Positions 53,801-60,000 of a stretch of DNA of 60,000 nt are shown in pieces (position 1 is the first letter of the stretch; each line of letters opens with the position of its first letter). The position numbers and the translations under genes were made by a program. Source of the stretch: Felis catus (taxonomy: Eukaryota); the NCBI RefSeq assembly GCF_018350175.1, contig NC_058369.1:8434001-8494000 (forward strand), given 5' to 3'. The notes beneath the pieces were generated by a model. The model was not told where the DNA came from, searched no databases, and worked only from the letters and a program-made list of their open reading frames with translations.

Positions 53801-56800
53801 ACGGACACAGGGAGGCAGAAGGGGCCGGTCCTCAGGCGGCCGTGCTGCAGCAGCGGGATCCACTGGGGAGAGGCCCGGGGTCAGCGATGGGGCCGGCCAG
53901 AGGTGAGGCGGGCTGGGGGTGTGGGGGTGAGGGCGGGCGGGGGTCTCACAGTAAAGCCCACGGGGGTCTCCAGTGCGGTGCCCGGTCGGGGCTGGCAGCT
54001 GACGTGGTAGAAGGTGAACAGCAGGTGGTGGTTCTCGGTCACGCAGGCCGGAAGGCGCAGCTTGAACTCCTCGTAGAACTCTGGGGACCTGGCAGGGGGG
54101 TCTGCTGGGGGCTGGGAGCCCCCTTGCCTTCCCCACCCCCTCCTGTGAGTGTGACCCCGGTGCCACCCGGCCCCACTGTCGGCTCCCTGCCTCCGGTTCC
54201 CCTACGAGGTCTCCTGGAGGTGGCCTGCTCCCCTCCTCTGCCCCTGTCCCCTGTCCCCTGTCCCCTGTCCCTGCATACTTATTGTGGTAGACCACCGGCG
54301 TGAAGGCCTCGCGGGTGAATTCGCTGCAGCTCGACTTGCCGAAGATGACCTGGGGGAGGGCGTGTGTGAGGGGCCTGCCGGGGACAGCCCACCCGGGACG
54401 CCCCGCCCTCCTCCCCCAGGCCCGGCCACTGACCGGCAGGGCCTGGCTGGGGTCCTCGCCCGCCATATACTGCACTCGCACGGCGAGGTTGCGCACGGAG
54501 CCCTGGCGGCTGCTGAAGTTGAGGCAGTGCGGGTACACGTACAGCAGGTTCCTGCGGGGGCAGGGGGGCATCAGAGGGACAGGAGAGGCCGGGCTACTGG
54601 CACAAGCCGGGCCTGGGACACGGGGGGAGAGTGGCCACGCAGCTGGGGCACTGAGGGCGGGGCGGTTATGGGCACCAGGCGGGAGATGTGACTGGCAGAG
54701 AGCGGGGGACAGATGGACACCCTTAGAGCATAGGTGGGGGGACAGTGCAGCAGAGGGTGGGGACACAGAGGGGCTTTGGGGGCGCTCGTGAGGCGTGGGG
54801 AGGTGCCGAGCAGGGACAGATGGGTGCTCGGGCTCAGGGTTCCAAAAAGTGGCCCAGGCAGCCACCTGGGCTGACCCACGCCTCCCTGGGCTCAGGGGCC
54901 TGACTGCCCTTCCCCCGGGAGAAGCCACTAGGCTTACGAGGCCTATCTCTCAGGTGGAGACACTGAGGCCAGAATCAGAAGTGGGGGGGGGGGAGGGGGG
55001 ATGAACGTGACTCCCATTTTATGGGGCGGGGGTGGGGGGTGGTGGAATAGAGGCACATGCCCCACAGTCATCCAGGGAGCAAGACGGCAGTTGGCACTGC
55101 TCCGGGGCACATGTGGGTCCTGGAGCCAGGCTGTATGGCCTCGGGAGAGTCTTTGCCACACCTGTACCCTGCCCCACACCCCCAGCTTGCAGCCAGGCCA
55201 GCGCAGAGCCCAGCATCACAGGCCTGCGGCAAGGGTGTGAGCAAGTCAGCTACCATAACGGCAGCAGAAAACCCATCTGGGGAAACCGTCGGCGCTAAGA
55301 CGCTCACTATTATCGTCTGCTTCTACTGGCCTGTTACTGTCGTCACCCCTTCCACGGGTGGGAAAGCCGAGGCTCAGAGCTTCAGGTTCCCCCCGCGGGG
55401 CCTGGGCCTATCCTCTCCCAGTGCCCCCCAGTCCACACCTGGCCCCAAGCCCCAGCCAGCGTGATCTCAGCGTGGCCCAGCCGGACATTCGCCTGATGCA
55501 ACGGTCGCGCCACCGCCAGGCCCTTGCACAACACGGGGCACGCAGCTGGCCGGTTAACGATTGACCGGGGGTTATTGGGGTGTCAGGGCATAAAAGGTGG
55601 CGGCAGTGGCGCCGTGGCCGCACCCTCAGAGCCTCAGCCATGCCCGTGCTCGCACTGTGCCTGCTGTGTGCCCTGGCCGCCGAGGCCTGGCCCTCGTCTG
55701 CAGCTCCCGTGGGGAGCCTGGAGCCAGCACAACATGAGGAGCTGACCCTACTCTTCCACGGGACCCTGCAGCTGGGTCAGGCCCTCAACAGCGTATACAG
55801 GGCCACAGAGGCACGGCTGACAAAGGCTGGGCACAGCGTGGGCCTCTATGGCCACGCACTGGGGCTTCTGGGGCAGGAGGTCAGCCGGGGCCGGGATGCA
55901 GCCCAGGAGCTACGCACAAGCCTGTTGGAGATGCAGGTGGGCACTGCACTTGGGGCACCGTGGGGTAGATAGGAGTTTGCAGCCCAAGTGCCTAAGGTAA
56001 CCGACTGTCTGGGTTTGCCCCAGATCGAGGGGGTCCCAGGAACACAGGACTTCCAGTGTTAAAATTAGGCAAGTCCCAGGCAAACAAAGACAAGTTGATC
56101 ATCCTACTAACATCCACCATTTATCGATCAGATGGAAGAGGATGCCCTAAAGCTCCAAGCAGAGGCCACGGCCCAGGCTCTAGGGGAGGCGGCGCAGGGA
56201 CAGCGGGCGCTGCGGGAGAGCATGCTGCGGCTGGAAGGTCAGCTGAGGGGCGCTTGGCTGGGCCATGCCCAACAAGAATTTGAGGCCTTGAAGGTAAGAG
56301 GCTCCCAGCCCTGGTGGAGCTGGGACTCTGATTTCCCAGGCAGAACTTGCTTCTGAGCCTTGAGTCCCCGAGCCATCCCCAGGTCCGTCTCCCAGTGCCA
56401 TGGCCTCCGACCTATATGACCCTGGGCAAAACCCCTGTCCCCTCCCATGCCTCAGTTTCCCCATTTGCAAATAAGCGTGACAACTGACGTCTCAAAGCGG
56501 AGACAGGGACTCAATACAGACAAAAAGCTCCGCATGGGACAGGGGACGTGGAAGTGACTCAATCAATGTATACGGTTCAGAGTAACTGGGTCTGTCTCTC
56601 GAGCGCCCAGTAGCTACCCAGCCCTGCCTTTTGGTAACCCATAGCATACTTATAACGATCCCATGAAGCAAGTCCCATTTCATCCCCGTTTAACAGATGG
56701 GGAAGTGGAGGCCAAAGAGTAGCAGTGAATGGCCAGGTGACACGGATACAGTCTGAGGGGCAGACGGCCCCGGGCGGCGTCGGGGGATGGAGGGGGGGTG

Positions 56801-59800
56801 GCCCCGGCTGAGGGTTCCGTCCTGACCCCGCAGGCCCACGCTGACAAGCAGAGCCACATCGTGTGGGCCCTCACAGGCCACGTGCAGCGACAGAGGCAGG
56901 AACTGGCAGCCCAGCAGCACCGGCTGCGTCAGATCCAGGAGAGGTGAGCCTGGAGGGGGCTGGACGCACAGGACAGCCTGAGGGCAGGTGCGCGGGGCAG
57001 CTGGGTGGGGACCCCTTTGCTTTGGCTGAGCCTGATCTCCCCCCCCCGCCCCAGACTCCACACGGCGGCACTTCCAGCCTGAGCCTGCCTGCGTGGAACT
57101 GAGAACCAGTCACACAACCGAGGGACGCTTCCTTCCGTGCCCCATGTGGCCCCTGCACAAGGAGCTGCCTGTCCACCGGGGTCGGCCAGGGTGCTTCTGG
57201 CCACGGAGCAGAGACAGAAACGGGCGGGGACACAGGCAGAGGACATGGCCCCGTCGTGGAGGGGTGGAGGCAGGACATGTGATCCTTCAAGCTTACACAC
57301 GCCCCCCCCCCCCCCCATTAAAGCGGAGTAGTGCCATCTCACTCTGCGTGTCTCTGTGCGTCTGGGAGAACAAGTACCTTGCTTTGCAGGATGCACGGAT
57401 ACCCCCATTCACGTGCCCAGCTGGGCCCTGGAGGCTGTACCTGTAGCTGGTATGGGGGGCGTAGACCTCACGGGCTGGGAACTCCAAGATCTCCTTGGTG
57501 GGCCGGCCCCTGGGGTCTGGGTAGGGCTTGACATGAAGCAGCTCCGGGGAGAGGCAGAAGTGCGGGTTCTCGGGAGCCGGGGAGATGTCGATCTTGAGCT
57601 GGGCTGGGGAGGGAGTAGGGGGTTTGCACCTGCCTGGAAGCCTCCCAGCCCAGCCCCACCCTCTGCGGGCTTCAGGATCAGAGCTCTGACTTTTCCACAA
57701 TGCCCCCTAGTGGCTGTCCTTCAGGTGCTAAGGCCAGCGGGCATCCTCAATTGCTGTACCTTGCCCTTGCGTTTGATCACCTCTGCCCTGGGGACCCAGG
57801 TCCCCACCGCCACCATGTGCCCCATTTGACCCACTATCTGTCTTCTTATGTTTCTTGTCTATGACTCCCATTAGGGATCCCTGAAGTCAGGGATTTGTGT
57901 ATCATGGTCACCGCGAGGTCCCCAGGGCCTGGCACGGCAGGTACTCAGTGTGGGTTTGTTGAGTGACTGCGTGAAAGTGACACCTCTCATTTAGGAGGTG
58001 TGGCACGCACCAGTCACGGGCCGCAGGCGCCGCAGGAGAGAGGATGGGCGTCGCATGTCAGCCAGGAACTTGAAGAGGTCCTCATCGCTGAGCCGCTCAG
58101 CTTCCTGCACGGGACACGCCCGCGTAAACTGGGCCCCTGGGGCCTGTGCGCCCACAGTGGGGTGACAGGGGTTGTGCCTGGGCACCCCTCCCTCAGCCCC
58201 ACGGCCATGACACCTGCCTGCTTAAAGAAGTTGGTGACAGTTAGCGTGGCTGGGCGGAAGCTGGAGAAGCTGCAGGTGTCATCCCCACCACTCGTCCGAT
58301 CCTGGGGCCCCCGACGGCGGCGGTCAGTCCAGGCAGGTCGGCGCTCTAGGGGAAGTGGTGACAGTGATGGAGGCGGCAGAGATGAAAGAGAGGCGGGGAG
58401 GGCCCGAGAGACGCGGGGACTCAACGTTGTACCAAGTCCAGCCAGCAGAGGGCGCACCGTCCCCTCCCCGGTAGCCCCGCCCCTGGCCCGTCAGCCCCGC
58501 CTCCTCACCTCCCTCGGAGTCCGAGTCGCGGTCCGTCTGGCCGGCGCTGCTCACGATGTTGGCCAGGTGAACGGCGGTCCAGGCGAAGGGCATGCGGTAG
58601 CGGCCCAGGCGGGTGCAGAACTGCTCGGCTGCCAGGCGCAGCTTCTCCAGCTTCTCTTTGTTCTGTGGGGAGACCCCCCCCCAAGCCCCCGAGGGCTCAG
58701 TGCCCCAGGCCTACCGAATCCAGGATCCGCCCTGCCCGGTGACCCCTTCGCCACCCTGCTCAGCCTCCACCTGCTTACCTTGGCCGCGTCCACCTCCTTC
58801 ATCACCATGTATGGCTCGCAACACTCGCTGATGTCCCCCTGCTGCAACACCTTCTCCAGCTGGGGGGCCGGCAGGGCCAGTGAGGCGCTGCTGGGACCCC
58901 AGCCTCCCACCCCATTCCCACCTGGACCCCTCACGGGCCCTCAGACACTCCATCCAGCTAGGACTTTTGCTCCAACACCTCCCATGGTTCCCACTGTCCT
59001 CGGGATTGAGCAAGAGTTGGCTTGCCCCACCAGCTGCCCCTCCCCATGCTTTGAACCCACTCCAAACCCCCGTCTCCATAACTTCCCTACGTTTATACTT
59101 TTGTTAGTATAAACAGAGGCCACTCCAAGCATGGCTGGACTCCAGTCCTGACCACCTGGAGGGTATGGGAGCCCGAACAGGTCCCTAACCCATGGTGTAC
59201 TTCAGTTTCCCCATCTGTAAAATGGGGGGCCACGGCAACCCCCACTTCCTGGGGCTGTTGTAAGGATTAGAGGTGGCAAGCCCTGCGTACCCTGACCGAC
59301 CATGAGCCGTGCCTGCCTGTAGGTGCTCAAATAATGCCGTTAGCGTAACCTAATAGAACGTTTTGGGGAAGAAAATTTGAGATCACTCCTAGAAGCCAAC
59401 TACGTCTTTCTTCCCCTGATAAACTGCAAAACTCCCAACTTAAAAAAAAAGTTTCAGATGTTCATCTGCACGGGCCAGGATGCCATTTCTCCCCAGGCCG
59501 CCCACTCATGGGTCTTGGCCTGGCTGCCACCTCTCCACGGAAGCCCTCTGTGATTTCTCCCCACCTGGGTCGTGTGAGGAGCCTCTTCCGGGCTTGCCCG
59601 GCTGCCTGTGCTTTCCCCACAACACACTCATCACCCTTCTTGATGACATGGCCATCTTCTCCCATGAGAACAGGGCCCACACTGCGTTTACCGTTATCCG
59701 GCGTTTGCCATGATCACCCCCCTGGCCCAGCCCCAGCAGGCACCTTGATGACCAGGAAGATATCAGGTGAGGGGTAGGTCACGGAGAAAATGGCAGAGCG

Positions 59801-60000
59801 GGCCAGCGTGGAGATGGCAGGGTGGGTGCCATGAGCCCGCAGTAGCCCCTTCACAGAGTCCGAGTTCAGGTCAAAGTAGAAGTTTTCCGAGATCTGGCGA
59901 CACGAAAAGCAGTGGGCCACCACCTCCAGGAAGCCCACTGAGGTGCACCAAGGAGGAGGGTCGGGGTAGGAATGGGAAGAAAGGGGCTCCTACCTTCTTT
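29558..60000 (-). CDS. DOCK6: Dedicator of cytokinesis 6 (DOCK-C Rac/Cdc42 GEF), exon 8 (partial) to exon 48; 5' end lies beyond the window
   Basis: 40 complete constitutive exons with continuous phases. Contains the DHR-1/C2 domain ([13 protein letters not shown]...SPEFYEEFK), the DHR-2 GEF domain (...[19 protein letters not shown]...) and the C-terminus [20 protein letters not shown]8 is nested in intron 14, as known for DOCK6. Confidence 0.97.
29981..30142 (-). CDS. DOCK6: DOCK6 exon 47
   Basis: 162 nt; [13 protein letters not shown]...AGL. Confidence 0.95.
30366..30472 (-). CDS. DOCK6: DOCK6 exon 46
   Basis: 107 nt; [10 protein letters not shown]...DFCK. Confidence 0.95.
30556..30699 (-). 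CDS. DOCK6: DOCK6 exon 45
   Basis: 144 nt; [13 protein letters not shown]...GSVGPTVNQ. Confidence 0.95.
31090..31326 (-). CDS. DOCK6: DOCK6 exon 44
   Basis: 237 nt; [10 protein letters not shown]...HREE. Confidence 0.95.
31581..31670 (-). CDS. DOCK6: DOCK6 exon 43
   Basis: 90 nt; [10 protein letters not shown]...DPQK. Confidence 0.95.
31767..31892 (-). CDS. DOCK6: DOCK6 exon 42 (GC donor)
   Basis: 126 nt; [13 protein letters not shown]...HRLE|GCACGT. Confidence 0.93.
33209..33223 (-). CDS. DOCK6: DOCK6 exon 41 (15-nt microexon)
   Basis: ccgacag|AGCTCTGGCTGGGAG|GTGAGT = SSGWE. Confidence 0.88.
33316..33447 (-). CDS. DOCK6: DOCK6 exon 40
   Basis: 132 nt; [12 protein letters not shown]...IMHQ. 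Confidence 0.95.
34199..35962 (+). mobile_element. Four plus-strand SINEs (34199-34415, 34422-34670, 35031-35277 with (AAAT)n, 35659-35962) among L1 scraps and a MER5-like piece (~35470-35570)
   Basis: SINEC consensus heads and A-rich tails. Confidence 0.85.
36344..36487 (-). CDS. DOCK6: DOCK6 exon 39
   Basis: 144 nt; [10 protein letters not shown]...YFTM. Confidence 0.95.
36574..36766 (-). CDS. DOCK6: DOCK6 exon 38 (DHR-2)
   Basis: 193 nt; [17 protein letters not shown]...VSFQ. Confidence 0.95.
37017..37857 (-). mobile_element. Three minus-strand SINEs (37017-37239, 37400-37612, 37622-37857)
   Basis: SINEC consensus; TSD tcacctgcttaatctt at 37001-37016 and 37240-37255. Confidence 0.88.
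38143..38243 (-). CDS. DOCK6: DOCK6 exon 37
   Basis: 101 nt; [10 protein letters not shown]...DLMY. Confidence 0.95.
38370..38528 (-). CDS. DOCK6: DOCK6 exon 36
   Basis: 159 nt; [17 protein letters not shown]...FAEQ. Confidence 0.95.
38668..38820 (-). CDS. DOCK6: DOCK6 exon 35
   Basis: 153 nt; [13 protein letters not shown]...EIGN. Confidence 0.95.
39135..39269 (-). CDS. DOCK6: DOCK6 exon 34
   Basis: 135 nt; [10 protein letters not shown]...LVSK. Confidence 0.95.
39402..39498 (-). CDS. DOCK6: DOCK6 exon 33
   Basis: 97 nt; [11 protein letters not shown]...IIVQ. Confidence 0.95.
39598..39682 (-). CDS. DOCK6: DOCK6 exon 32
   Basis: 85 nt; [15 protein letters not shown]...DRVD. Confidence 0.95.
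40016..40142 (-). CDS. DOCK6: DOCK6 exon 31
   Basis: 127 nt; [10 protein letters not shown]...RRSR. Confidence 0.95.
40501..40683 (-). CDS. DOCK6: DOCK6 exon 30
   Basis: 183 nt; [10 protein letters not shown]...CVLWVLKN...FEYK. Confidence 0.95.
40835..40995 (-). CDS. DOCK6: DOCK6 exon 29
   Basis: 161 nt; [12 protein letters not shown]...GPVA. Confidence 0.93.
41700..42400 (+). mobile_element. Old L1 5'/ORF1-region fragment
   Basis: A-rich, with gtaattggagtcccagaaggagag and tgagaatttccccaaa motifs. Confidence 0.6.
42832..43001 (-). CDS. DOCK6: DOCK6 exon 28
   Basis: 170 nt; [10 protein letters not shown]...HDFA. Confidence 0.95.
43090..43229 (-). CDS. DOCK6: DOCK6 exon 27
   Basis: 140 nt; [10 protein letters not shown]...[12 protein letters not shown]...EAE. 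Confidence 0.95.
43583..43753 (-). CDS. DOCK6: DOCK6 exon 26
   Basis: 171 nt; VATRLQ...[12 protein letters not shown]...TTSQ. Confidence 0.95.
43856..43969 (-). CDS. DOCK6: DOCK6 exon 25
   Basis: 114 nt; [16 protein letters not shown]...HYKQ. Confidence 0.95.
44213..45095 (+). mobile_element. Four head-to-tail plus-strand SINEs
   Basis: Starts at ~44213, 44425, 44638 and 44916. Confidence 0.88.
45150..45530 (+). mobile_element. Probable ERVL LTR (LTR16/33-like) remnant
   Basis: actacatttcccagcctccc-tg-agct-agg...catgtg motif. Confidence 0.45.
47202..47342 (-). CDS. DOCK6: DOCK6 exon 24
   Basis: 141 nt; [10 protein letters not shown]...TRVYK. Confidence 0.95.
48013..48108 (-). CDS. DOCK6: DOCK6 exon 23
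   Basis: 96 nt; [12 protein letters not shown]...FFFQLM. Confidence 0.95.
48364..48456 (-). CDS. DOCK6: DOCK6 putative alternative cassette exon B (31 aa)
   Basis: 93 nt, phase 0/0, branch point CTCACTAAC, cctag|...[39 protein letters not shown] resembles the DOCK7 segment AMDRSCNRMSS. Confidence 0.72.
50477..50581 (-). CDS. DOCK6: DOCK6 putative alternative cassette exon A (35 aa)
   Basis: 105 nt, phase 0/0, ctccag|...[44 protein letters not shown] resembles the DOCK7 segment GLDRSNSWVN. Confidence 0.78.
51135..51298 (-). CDS. DOCK6: DOCK6 exon 22
   Basis: 164 nt; [10 protein letters not shown]...SISSSNPDL...ILASK. Confidence 0.95.
51972..52133 (-). CDS. DOCK6: DOCK6 exon 21
   Basis: 162 nt; [11 protein letters not shown]...NFPS. 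Confidence 0.95.
52395..52626 (-). CDS. DOCK6: DOCK6 exon 20
   Basis: 232 nt; [10 protein letters not shown]...GGQI. Confidence 0.95.
52992..53078 (-). CDS. DOCK6: DOCK6 exon 19
   Basis: 87 nt; [14 protein letters not shown]...VHPQ. Confidence 0.95.
53761..53862 (-). CDS. DOCK6: DOCK6 exon 18
   Basis: 102 nt; [10 protein letters not shown]...VLTPD. Confidence 0.95.
53950..54088 (-). CDS. DOCK6: DOCK6 exon 17
   Basis: 139 nt; [10 protein letters not shown]...HLLFTFYHV...VGFT. Confidence 0.95.
54236..54273. repeat. 7-bp tandem repeat (CCCCTGT)n
   Basis: About 5 units beside the DOCK6 exon 16 donor. Confidence 0.85.
54279..54349 (-). CDS. DOCK6: DOCK6 exon 16
   Basis: 71 nt; [11 protein letters not shown]...VYHN. 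Confidence 0.95.
54434..54551 (-). CDS. DOCK6: DOCK6 exon 15 (DHR-1)
   Basis: 118 nt; [13 protein letters not shown]...SQALP. Confidence 0.95.
55490..55600 (+). promoter_or_regulatory. ANGPTL8 proximal promoter (HNF1-like site, C/EBP sites, TATA-like CATAAAA)
   Basis: GTTAACGATTGAC at 55553-55565, TTGCACAA at 55524-55531, CATAAAA at 55589-55595 about 45 nt before the ATG. Confidence 0.7.
55640..55936 (+). CDS. ANGPTL8: ANGPTL8 exon 1 coding part
   Basis: 297 nt; Kozak GCCATG; MPVL...LLEMQ|GT. Confidence 0.95.
55640..57082 (+). CDS. ANGPTL8: Angiopoietin-like 8 (betatrophin/lipasin/RIFL), 4 exons, 198 aa, nested antisense in DOCK6 intron 14
   Basis: Exons 55640-55936, 56132-56293, 56834-56943 and 57055-57082 sum to 597 nt. 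Signal peptide [15 protein letters not shown]1-like [17 protein letters not shown], coiled coil, C-terminus LHTAALPA*, and no fibrinogen domain. Confidence 0.96.
56132..56293 (+). CDS. ANGPTL8: ANGPTL8 exon 2
   Basis: 162 nt; branch point [16 protein letters not shown]...FEALK|GTAAG. Confidence 0.95.
56834..56943 (+). CDS. ANGPTL8: ANGPTL8 exon 3
   Basis: 110 nt; [20 protein letters not shown]...IQE. Confidence 0.95.
57055..57082 (+). CDS. ANGPTL8: ANGPTL8 exon 4 coding part
   Basis: 28 nt; [12 protein letters not shown]. Confidence 0.93.
57317..57322 (+). terminator. ANGPTL8 polyadenylation signal ATTAAA
   Basis: ATTAAA 235 nt after the stop, followed by GT-rich gcgtgtctctgtgcgt. Confidence 0.75.
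57441..57603 (-). CDS. DOCK6: DOCK6 exon 14
   Basis: 163 nt; [13 protein letters not shown]...HTSY. Confidence 0.95.
58011..58104 (-). CDS. DOCK6: DOCK6 exon 13
   Basis: 94 nt; [17 protein letters not shown]...RPVT. Confidence 0.93.
58218..58345 (-). CDS. DOCK6: DOCK6 exon 12 (in-frame donor is GC)
   Basis: 128 nt; [10 protein letters not shown]...TNFFKQ|GCAGGT. Confidence 0.88.
58509..58662 (-). CDS. DOCK6: DOCK6 exon 11
   Basis: 154 nt; [10 protein letters not shown]...[10 protein letters not shown]...DSDSEG. Confidence 0.95.
58779..58859 (-). CDS. DOCK6: DOCK6 exon 10
   Basis: 81 nt; [17 protein letters not shown]...DAAK. Confidence 0.95.
59744..59893 (-). CDS. DOCK6: DOCK6 exon 9
   Basis: 150 nt; [10 protein letters not shown]...IFLVIK. 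Confidence 0.95.
59994..60000 (-). CDS. DOCK6: DOCK6 exon 8 (3' end only)
   Basis: ...AAGAAG|GTAGG, in phase with exon 9. Confidence 0.7.

Noticed and set aside
53300..54928. 542-aa minus-strand ORF
   Set aside because: It matches DOCK6 only across exons 15-16. The rest is Pro-rich intron or off-frame sequence left open by high GC.
58000..59112. 370-aa plus-strand ORF
   Set aside because: Antisense shadow of DOCK6 exons 10-13 with a GTG start and no recognisable domain

Overview
This is mammalian genomic DNA, almost certainly felid, judging by the carnivore SINEC_Fc-type tRNA-derived SINEs. It covers the KANK2-DOCK6-ANGPTL8 locus. The minus strand carries the complete KANK2 CDS (11 coding exons, 2556 nt = 851 aa + stop, ATG at 25875, stop at 5425, ~2.1 kb 3'UTR, AATAAA at 3343-3348, CpG-island promoter at ~27.8-28.9 kb). 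It also carries the 3' ~85% of DOCK6 (exon 8 partial to exon 48 in human numbering, stop at 29558). The plus strand carries ANGPTL8 (4 exons, 198 aa), nested antisense in DOCK6 intron 14. Introns hold many SINEs plus L1, hAT and LTR relics. The exons were assembled by hand from splice sites and phase continuity. I see no genuinely new biological system; this is a known vertebrate locus. The best second-look items are splicing-level: two DOCK7-like cassette exons in DOCK6 intron 22, a GC donor or possible 4-nt intron slide at DOCK6 exon 12/13, a second GC-AG intron, a 15-nt microexon, and SINE-bracketed circRNA candidates. Also notable are a dense liver/nutrient motif cluster in the ANGPTL8 promoter and a DOCK6 3' end that lacks a canonical polyA signal right next to the KANK2 promoter.
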